Both the position numbers and the translations under genes were made by a program. 57,920 bases of DNA from Chloroflexota bacterium (GTDB lineage Bacteria > Chloroflexota > Dehalococcoidia > UBA2979), in assembly GCA_009837285.1 (NCBI GenBank), contig VXTU01000114.1:1-57920 (forward strand), read 5' to 3'. The notes under the pieces are model-generated. The model had not been told where the DNA came from. It worked only from the letters and a program-made list of their open reading frames with translations, and did not search any database. Positions 21,267-28,498 of the stretch are shown here, one piece after another (the first letter of the stretch is position 1; every line of letters starts with the position of its first letter).

Positions 21267-23129
21267 ATGACGAATAATAGCGACGAGAGTCGCGACTGGA
21301 CGACGTTGTTCGGCAACGTCACGAGCCGGCGCACGCTGCTACGAGGCAGTGCCATCGGCGTCGCTGGTCTCGCCGCGGCCGCCCTCGTGGGCTGCGGTGG
21401 CGACGACGACGATGACGACGACACCGGTGGCGGTGGGACGGCATCGACGACCACCACCACGACCACGACGACCAGCACGGCGGCGGCGACGACGTCGGAC
21501 GACGGGGACGACGCCGGCGATGCGATGGCGGCGGATTACCCCAAGGGTGAGCTCATCCAGGATCCGAACCTGCCGTTCCCGTTCAACTTCGCGGAGCCGG
21601 ACAAGACGCCGAAGGCAGGCGGGACGATCGTGTCCAGCGCCAGCACCGACATCTCGACGTTCGACTCCACGAAGACGGCGGCGAGCGGTACCGGCCGCTA
21701 CGTGAACATGGTCTACAACCGGATCCTCGGGTTTAACCGCGGTGTGAACCTGCACCCGTCGAACATCGAAATCGAGCCGGAGCTGGCGCACTCGTGGGAG
21801 CGCTCGCCCGACGGGATGACCCTTACGTTCCACCTGCGCGACGATGTCTACTGGCAGAACGTTGCGCCGCTGAACGGCCGGCAGTTCATCGCCGAGGATG
21901 TGAAGTTCGCCTATGACCGCTACGCGGTTGAGGGCGTGCACACCGGGTACTGGCTCAACTCGGGCAGTGTCGAGGCAACCGACAACCAGACGGTGACGAT
22001 CTCGCTGGCTCGCGCCGTAGCGGACTTCATCCGCCCGCTCGCGAGCTGCTACCAGTCGATCCACCCGCGCGAGCTGGTGGACAACGGCGAGATCGAGACC
22101 ACCGCCGTGGGCACGGGCCCGATGATCCTCGACGAGGCGATCCAGGCCGAGAAGGTCACCTACGTCAAGAACCCGGACTACTGGGAGCGTGACGTACTGG
22201 TCGACGGCGTTGAGTTCCGGCACCTGCCGGACGGCGCTGCGCGCCTGGCAGCCTTCCGTGCCGAGCAGGTCGCCACGGGCGAGGGCATCGTCGGTAACAT
22301 CCGCGAGGTCGAGAACCTGCTCGAGACCAACCCGGACACGCAGATCAACCTGACCGCGCTCACCAACGGGACCGGGTTCGCCATGAACCTGCAGAACCCG
22401 AAGTACATGGACGAGCGTGTGCGCCAGGCGATCTCGCTCGCGATCGACCGTGACCTGCTGATGACGATCCTCTACCAGGGTCTCGGCCAGGTCATGCACG
22501 CGATCCCGTGGCTCTTCGTCTGGGACGAGCAGCCGACAGTGGAGAACGGGCTGCTTGGGCCTTGGACGCGCTACGACCCGGCCGAGGCCAAGAAGCTGCT
22601 GTCGGCCGCCGGCGCCGAGGGGCTGGAGATGGTCAACATCTTCTTCCCGTACTCCTCGGCCTACGAGCAGACTCCGGACATCCTCACGGACATGTTCCGC
22701 GATGTCGGGATCACCATGACGGGCGGCGCCGCCGACTACACGGAGTTCAACTCCCAGTGGGTCGGCCGCATGCTCGAGGACGTCTCGACCGCCGGTTGGG
22801 GCACCATCGGCTTCGACGCCGAGAACTACTTCTACAACTCGATGCACTCGACGGCTCCGGGGAACCGCTGGCGGTTCAACGACCCGAAGCTCGACGAGCT
22901 GACCGAGGCGCAGCAGGTGGAGCTCGACCCCGAGGCCCGCAAGCTGATCTTCCAGGAGATCTGGAACTACGAGCTGGAGAAGGCGTACCGCCCCGTCATC
23001 GGCGGTGGTGGTGGCTTCTTCGTCTACCAGCCGTGGCTGCGCGGCATCCGCTTCGGCGGGGCGCTCTCCACGACGAACATCTACCAGGACTGGGGCGACA
23101 TCATCCCCTTCGGCTGGATCGACAAGTAG
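21267..23129 (+). CDS. ABC transporter substrate-binding lipoprotein, family 5 (second paralogue), Tat-type signal
   Basis: SRRTLLRGSAIGVAGLAAAALVGC lipobox, GGDDDDDDD plus a poly-Thr linker; ATG 21267 follows GGAGGGGG. Confidence 0.85.
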   Translation: MTNNSDESRDWTTLFGNVTSRRTLLRGSAIGVAGLAAAALVGCGGDDDDDDDTGGGGTASTTTTTTTTTSTAAATTSDDGDDAGDAMAADYPKGELIQDPNLPFPFNFAEPDKTPKAGGTIVSSASTDISTFDSTKTAASGTGRYVNMVYNRILGFNRGVNLHPSNIEIEPELAHSWERSPDGMTLTFHLRDDVYWQNVAPLNGRQFIAEDVKFAYDRYAVEGVHTGYWLNSGSVEATDNQTVTISLARAVADFIRPLASCYQSIHPRELVDNGEIETTAVGTGPMILDEAIQAEKVTYVKNPDYWERDVLVDGVEFRHLPDGAARLAAFRAEQVATGEGIVGNIREVENLLETNPDTQINLTALTNGTGFAMNLQNPKYMDERVRQAISLAIDRDLLMTILYQGLGQVMHAIPWLFVWDEQPTVENGLLGPWTRYDPAEAKKLLSAAGAEGLEMVNIFFPYSSAYEQTPDILTDMFRDVGITMTGGAADYTEFNSQWVGRMLEDVSTAGWGTIGFDAENYFYNSMHSTAPGNRWRFNDPKLDELTEAQQVELDPEARKLIFQEIWNYELEKAYRPVIGGGGGFFVYQPWLRGIRFGGALSTTNIYQDWGDIIPFGWIDK

Positions 23130-23162
23130 TCGGATCCCCTTCGGGGGACTGGAGACCACAAC

Positions 23163-23247
23163 GGGAGCCGGCCAACTGGCCGGCTCCCTGCTTGTCTCCC
23201 ACCGAATGCCCCGATGCCGCGACATGCCGCCTTGCGGCATGTCGCGG
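23163..23247 (+). terminator. Two consecutive perfect hairpins after the binding-protein gene
   Basis: gggagccggcc-aact-ggccggctccc (23163-23188) and ccgcgacatgccgc-ctt-gcggcatgtcgcgg (23217-23247). Confidence 0.55.
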
Positions 23248-23273
23248 GTGAGGCTGAGGGAAGTGCGGGCGCC

Positions 23274-24578
23274 ATGGGGCGGCTGAGGCGCGTCTACTTC
23301 GGGTACTACGTGATCGCGGCGCTGTTCATCGCCGAGATCGCGGTGACCGGTGTCAGCTTCTACTCCTTCAGCCTCTTCATCACCGCCTGGCAGGACGACA
23401 CGACGCTCGGCTGGTCGCTCACCGCCATCAACGGCTCGTTCCTGATCGGCCTACCGCTCGCGTTCACCAGCCCCCTGCTCGGCCGCTTCATCGACGAGCG
23501 CGGCGCGCGGCTGGCGATGCTGCTCGGCGTGCCGTTGATTGGCGGCACGTTCATCCTCGAGGCGTTCATGACGGAGATCTGGCACCTCTGGGTAGCCCAG
23601 GGGTTGCTGATCACCGGCCAGTCCGCGGCCTTCCTCGGCACCGGCAAGCTCGTCGGCCTGTGGTTCGACACGGACCGCGGGCGAATGATGGGCATTGCCC
23701 TGGCGGGCAACAACGCGGGCGGCGTGATCATGGCGCCGATGTCCGCCGTGTTCATCGACGAGTTCGGGTGGCGGACGACGGTCTTCGTCTTCGGCGTCGC
23801 GATCATCGTCATCAACTCGCTCCTGATCTGGCTCTGGGTGCGCGACAAGCCCGAGGACGTGATCGTGGAGGCGCGCCGCGTCGGCCGAGAGCGAGAGGCC
23901 CGGACCGCCGAGGCCCTGCTCGCAGCCACCGCATCCGGCGGCGACGACGCGGCGTCGCAGTCTTCGTCGATGGCGCGCAGCCAGGGCGTGACGTGGCAGG
24001 AGAGCCTGCGCATGTCCGCCTTCTGGCTGCTCACGCTCGCGTTCGTGGCCACGTTCGCCTCGATCTTCGCGGTGCTGAACCAGCTTGCGAAGCACCTCGA
24101 GATCGTCGGGATCAGTACCGAGGCCGCCGGTGCGGCGCTGGGGCTGCTCGGCGCGTTCGGGTTCCTGGGCAAGCTCATCTTCGGGTTCCTGTCGGAGCGG
24201 TTCCCATCTCGCTACGGGTTCGCCGCGATCTGCGTGCTCCAGGTGTTCGGGATCATCATCCTGCTGCTGCTGCGCACGCCCGCCGAGGGCTGGCTGCTGT
24301 GGCCGTTTGTCGCTGTCTACGGCATCGGCTTCGGGGCCGTGGGGGCGCTGATGCCGCTGGTGGTCGCCGACACGTTCGGCCTGCTCGCGTACGCGACGAT
24401 CTTCGGCGCCCAGCAGCTCATCCTCCGCATCGTGAACGGCGGGCTGCCGCCCGTCGTCGGGTGGTCGGTGGACTACACCGGCACGTACGAGGCTGCGTTC
24501 TTCGCAACGATCGTCTCGCTGTTCATCGGCGCAGTCGCTGTCGTCTTCGCGCGCACGGAGACGACGGCGGCGAGGTGA
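23274..24578 (+). CDS. MFS transporter
   Basis: About 12 predicted TM segments. The start is placed at ATG 23274, downstream of the hairpins; the ORF-track start 23214 lies inside the hairpin. Confidence 0.8.
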   Translation: MGRLRRVYFGYYVIAALFIAEIAVTGVSFYSFSLFITAWQDDTTLGWSLTAINGSFLIGLPLAFTSPLLGRFIDERGARLAMLLGVPLIGGTFILEAFMTEIWHLWVAQGLLITGQSAAFLGTGKLVGLWFDTDRGRMMGIALAGNNAGGVIMAPMSAVFIDEFGWRTTVFVFGVAIIVINSLLIWLWVRDKPEDVIVEARRVGREREARTAEALLAATASGGDDAASQSSSMARSQGVTWQESLRMSAFWLLTLAFVATFASIFAVLNQLAKHLEIVGISTEAAGAALGLLGAFGFLGKLIFGFLSERFPSRYGFAAICVLQVFGIIILLLLRTPAEGWLLWPFVAVYGIGFGAVGALMPLVVADTFGLLAYATIFGAQQLILRIVNGGLPPVVGWSVDYTGTYEAAFFATIVSLFIGAVAVVFARTETTAAR

Positions 24579-24680
24579 GCCGGTCGTCGGGCCCTGTCTC
24601 GTCTCCCTGTTGTCGTTAGACACTCGGTGGGCGACGGATCACGATGGCACTGGCCTACTACCGAGGAGGTCGTCCTGGCG

Positions 24681-24962
24681 ATGCAGAAGCCACCCCATCC
24701 GGGCGAAGTCGTGCGTGCCGAATGCCTCGAGCCCCTCGGGTTGAGCGTGACGCGGGCGGCCGAGGGGTTGGGGGTGACCCGCCAGGCGCTCTCCGACCTC
24801 GTGAACGGACACGCCGGCATCTCGGTGGAGATGGCCATCCGCCTGTCCAGGGCGTTCGGTTCTTCCCCTGAGACGTGGCTCGGGATGCAGATGGCGTACG
24901 ACCTCTGGCAGGCCCGGGGACGCGCGGACTCGCTCACCGTGGAGCGGTTCGCACCGGCGTAG
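24681..24962 (+). CDS. higA: HigA-family antitoxin (XRE-type HTH), with no adjacent toxin gene
   Basis: HPGEVVRAECLEPLGLSVTRAAEGLGVTRQALSDLVNGHAGISVEMAIRLSRAFGSSPETWLGMQ; GAGGAGG lies upstream of ATG 24681. Confidence 0.8.
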   Translation: MQKPPHPGEVVRAECLEPLGLSVTRAAEGLGVTRQALSDLVNGHAGISVEMAIRLSRAFGSSPETWLGMQMAYDLWQARGRADSLTVERFAPA

Positions 24963-24992
24963 CACGACGGCGGCCGGGTAGGGCGCTGAGCT

Positions 24993-25889
24993 CTAGGTGC
25001 CTCGCAGGCGCGGGTCCAGCACGTCGCGGATCACGTCGCCGAGCAGGTTGAACGCCAGCACCGTGATCGCGATCGCCATGCCCGGGAAGATCGCCAGCCA
25101 GGGCGCCTCCTCCATGTAGCGGCGACCCGTGCCGGACAGCATCAGGCCCCACGACGGCTCGGGCGGCTGCGTCGACAGTCCGAGGAAGCTCAGACCCGCC
25201 TCGATGAGGATCGCGTTGCCCAGCGAAGCCGAGATCAGGATCAGGATCGGGGCGACCACGTTCGGCAACACGTGCCGGAACATGATGCGCTGTGGCGTTG
25301 CGCCGATGGTCTGGGCGGCCTCGATGTAGACGTTCTGCTTGACCGACAGCACCGCGCCGCGTACGACGCGCGACTGGAACGGGATGATCACGATCGCGAT
25401 CGCCAGCAGCGCGTTCGTCGTGCTCGTGCCCAGCACCGCGACCAGGGACATGGCGAGGACGATGCCGGGGAAGGCCAGCACGGCGTCGACGATGCGCTGG
25501 ATCACCATGTCGATCCAGCCGCCCGCGAATCCGCTGATCAGACCGACCAGCGCCCCGCCGAGCGACCCCAGGCACACCGCGAGGAACCCAACGTAGAGCG
25601 AGATGCGGGAGCCGTGCAGGATCCGGCTGAACATGTCACGGCCGAGGTCATCGGTGCCGAAGAAGTAGGTCGAGTTCGGCGACTGGAACGTCTCGATCGA
25701 GATGGCGATCGGGTCGAACGGCGACACGTACGGCGCCGACAGGGCAGCCGCCACGAGCACGCCGATGACGACGGCTGACGCCAGCCCCACGGGCTTCCGC
25801 ATGACGCGGATCGAGGCGTCCAGCAGCCAGTGCCGCTGTCCGCGCACATTCGAAGTGGTGACGACTACGGAATCTGCCAGAGAGCTCAT
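24993..25889 (-). CDS. ABC transporter permease (DppC/OppC type)
   Basis: 298 aa; N-terminal OppC-like segment and an EAA-type permease body. Confidence 0.85.
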   Translation of the reverse strand: MSSLADSVVVTTSNVRGQRHWLLDASIRVMRKPVGLASAVVIGVLVAAALSAPYVSPFDPIAISIETFQSPNSTYFFGTDDLGRDMFSRILHGSRISLYVGFLAVCLGSLGGALVGLISGFAGGWIDMVIQRIVDAVLAFPGIVLAMSLVAVLGTSTTNALLAIAIVIIPFQSRVVRGAVLSVKQNVYIEAAQTIGATPQRIMFRHVLPNVVAPILILISASLGNAILIEAGLSFLGLSTQPPEPSWGLMLSGTGRRYMEEAPWLAIFPGMAIAITVLAFNLLGDVIRDVLDPRLRGT

Positions 25890-25917
25890 GGGCTACGCTC
25901 CGTCCGCTTCCGTCGCG

Positions 25918-26868
25918 CTACTGGTAGCGGATCCGCGGGTCGATGACCGCGTACGAGAGATCCACAATCAGGTTGGCGGTGACGAAGATGACCGCCATGA
26001 CCATGACCGTGCCTTGCAAGACCGGGTAGTCGCGTAGCAGCACGGCGTTGAGCGCGAGCCGGCCCATCCCGGGCAGCGCGAAAATGGTCTCGATCACCAC
26101 GAGGCCCCCGAGCATGAAGCTCAGGAGGCCGCCGAAGATGGTGATAACCGGAATGAGCGCGTTCTTGAGCGCGTGCCGGACGATGATCGTGCGCTCCTGC
26201 AGTCCCTTCGAACGCGCCGTGCGCACGTAGTCCTCGCGCAGCACCTCGAGCATCGAGGACCGCGTCATGCGCGAGGCTGTCGCCGAGAGGCGGTAGCCGA
26301 CGATGAGGGCGGGGAAGATCAGCGCTTGCAGGTTGCGGCTGGGGTCCTCCCATAACGGGAAGTACCCGAACTCGGGTAACCAGCCGATCCATAACGTGAG
26401 CGCCAATAACAACATCGTCGCGAGCCAGAAGTCCGGCATCGACAACCCGATGATGGCGAAGAGGCGCGCGGCATAGTCCGGTACGGTGTCCTGTTTCACC
26501 GCGGATATGACCCCCATGGGGATGGCGATGCCGATCGAGATGACGATCGCCATGATGGCGATCTGGATCGAGACTCGCATTCGTTGCGCGATCGTCGGCA
26601 GCACGGGCTTGCTGTCCCACAACGACTCGCCGAAGTCACCGCGGATGGCCTTGCTGGCCCAGTCGATGTACTGCGTCACGAACGGCCGGTCGATGCCGAG
26701 GTCCGCTCGCATCGCGGCTAGCTGCTCCTCATCGGCGTAGCCGCCCTCCGCAAGCCGCGCCATGACGACGTCGCCGGGCACGAGGCGCACGAGCGAGAAG
26801 ATGATGATGGAGACGAGAACCAGCGAGGGGATCGCCGACAGCAGCCTGCGGATGATGTACTCGGTCAT
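25918..26868 (-). CDS. ABC transporter permease (DppB/OppB type)
   Basis: MTEYIIRRLLSAIPSLVLVSIIIF N-terminus; ATG 26868 follows AGGAG. The ORF-track extension to 26988 is discarded. Confidence 0.85.
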   Translation of the reverse strand: MTEYIIRRLLSAIPSLVLVSIIIFSLVRLVPGDVVMARLAEGGYADEEQLAAMRADLGIDRPFVTQYIDWASKAIRGDFGESLWDSKPVLPTIAQRMRVSIQIAIMAIVISIGIAIPMGVISAVKQDTVPDYAARLFAIIGLSMPDFWLATMLLLALTLWIGWLPEFGYFPLWEDPSRNLQALIFPALIVGYRLSATASRMTRSSMLEVLREDYVRTARSKGLQERTIIVRHALKNALIPVITIFGGLLSFMLGGLVVIETIFALPGMGRLALNAVLLRDYPVLQGTVMVMAVIFVTANLIVDLSYAVIDPRIRYQ

Positions 26869-27399
26869 GCGGCGCACTCCTGGCCGACGGCAACCCCCCG
26901 GATGGCCGATGGGGTCGAGGTCGGGGGCATTGTATGCCGATTGTGCGCGGTGGCGCGATGCGCGGTTGCGTCGGGCCGTCGGCATCAACAGACAGGCGTC
27001 CCGGAGCGTTCGGGAGCGTCCATCCCGAGGCGGGCCCGGACGCAGTTCGGGCCCCTCGCAGGGCCCGAAGTGGGTTGTGTGCCTGGTTCGCCGGGCGCCG
27101 TCTCCGCGTCAACTCCGGCTGGCTGCGGCGGGTGGCGGCCTGCGCCGCCTGTCGCCGCTGGAGGTGCGACGCCCGGCTAGCCGTGGCCTGCTCTGTCCAA
27201 GGGTCCGCTCCTTCAGCTTCAGGCGCGCTGGGCGCTCCCGAGGAACATCCTGATCGATGCCACGATCAGCCTCCATTCCTCGTGTCTGCCCTTCGATGAT
27301 GCTCCTTCGGATCACGCTTTGCAAGCGTCGCGCACGCCCGCCGTGCCGCCGGGAAGCCTGTCCCGCGCGCCCACCCGTGGCTGGCGCGGGAGGGGTCAT

Positions 27400-27475
27400 T
27401 GGCGCCCCCGGGAGGATTCGAACCTCCGGCCTTCGGATTAGAAGTCCGCTGCTCTGTCCACTGAGCTACAGGGGC
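27400..27475 (-). tRNA. tRNA-Arg (anticodon TCT), CCA encoded
   Basis: Reverse complement folds as GCCCCTG-TA-GCTC-AGTGGACA-GAGC-A-GCGGA-CTTCTAA-TCCGA-AGGCC-GGAGG-TTCGAAT-CCTCC-CGGGGGC-G-CCA; 76 nt. Confidence 0.9.
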
Positions 27476-27623
27476 GCGTCCGCTTGCACGGTTCATCGTA
27501 CCTCGCGGCACCAACGCGCTCCGCCACCCGGCAAGCTACACCCAGGGCCGAAGGGCATCAGCCGAGGGTATTCACCTGGTATCGGGCGCGCTCCCGGAAT
27601 CCGTCGTGGCGTCTCGCACGGTG

Positions 27624-27941
27624 TTACGACAGGCGCGCGTTGAGTAGCCGGTTGAGGCTCACGCCCTCCTCGGCAGCTTGCGTCGTGAGTTCGCGGTGCA
27701 TCTCGGGCGGGACCCGGAGCAGAATGCGTCCGGAGTATGGACGGGTCGCGAGGGGCTCGGGGACCGCTTCGCCGGCCGATTGCATGTCCTGCACGGCTTC
27801 GCCCACCGCCTGCCTGATGCCGGCGAACGCATCCTCTGGTTCCGGCGCGAGCCAGCTCAGGAGCGGGAACTCCAGGCATAGGCCCACGTATTCCGCATCC
27901 TCTTCCGACCAGGTAACGCGGTAGGTGTAGCGATCACTCAT
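27624..27941 (-). CDS. hicB: HicB-family antitoxin
   Basis: YRVTWSEEDAEYVGLCLEFP N-terminal HicB fold and a C-terminal RHH-like RILLRVPPEMHRELTTQAAEEGVSLNRLL; overlaps hicA by 8 nt. Confidence 0.8.
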   Translation of the reverse strand: MSDRYTYRVTWSEEDAEYVGLCLEFPLLSWLAPEPEDAFAGIRQAVGEAVQDMQSAGEAVPEPLATRPYSGRILLRVPPEMHRELTTQAAEEGVSLNRLLNARLS

Positions 27942-28185
27942 CGCCGGCCTCCAGTCTGTCGATGGCCTTGAGTACCTGTCTCACCTGATACGCCTTGGCC
28001 CTGCCCCTGTCGTTCTGGATGTTGACTCTCGGGTCTCCGGCCCAGGGCGTGCGGTAGACCCAGTGACTCCCGCCCGATCGTCGTGGCGACCCGAAGTAGT
28101 CGTCGCAGACCTTCACGAGATCCGTGAAACGCACGCCTCGCGCGTTGGCGCGCATCTGCTGGACGATCGCCTCAACGCTGGCCAC
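27934..28185 (-). CDS. hicA: HicA-family mRNA interferase toxin
   Basis: 83 aa with a GGSHWVY motif typical of HicA/YcfA. The start is GTG, directly behind an AT-rich promoter-like stretch. Confidence 0.8.
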   Translation of the reverse strand: MASVEAIVQQMRANARGVRFTDLVKVCDDYFGSPRRSGGSHWVYRTPWAGDPRVNIQNDRGRAKAYQVRQVLKAIDRLEAGDE

Positions 28186-28498
28186 GTGCCGACGATATCA
28201 TTATTGCTATCATTTATCCATTGCCGTGCAGGAAGTGCACGCGGCGCCCCCTCTGCTCATGCTGACGACGCGTCGGGCTTGATGCCCGGCCGAGTTCGAT
28301 AACAGAGCCGTGCTGCGCAGGCCCGAGCTTCGGTAACAAGGCTCTAACAATCGCGGGGCCGCGCATTCCTCACACATCTTCGCTATGATGCGCGCGCTCC
28401 CACCACCGTAGCAGCAACGCCATCCGCGCGGCTGCGCGCGTCGCCGTGCGCGACGCGCAGCCGGCCGATGCAGTGCGACCAGGCGGGGTGGGCTGCGC

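Noticed and set aside
26869-27399. 530-bp gene-poor stretch between the permease operon start and tRNA-Arg, with several GGGCCC-based hairpins (for example ttcgggccc-ctcgca-gggcccgaa at 27046-27069). I considered an ncRNA (SRP, 6S), a riboswitch leader or an integration remnant.
   Set aside because: There is no match to any RNA motif I can recognise by eye. The ORFs here (26762-27253, 27109-27399) are low-complexity. I cannot support a specific call without covariance-model scans.
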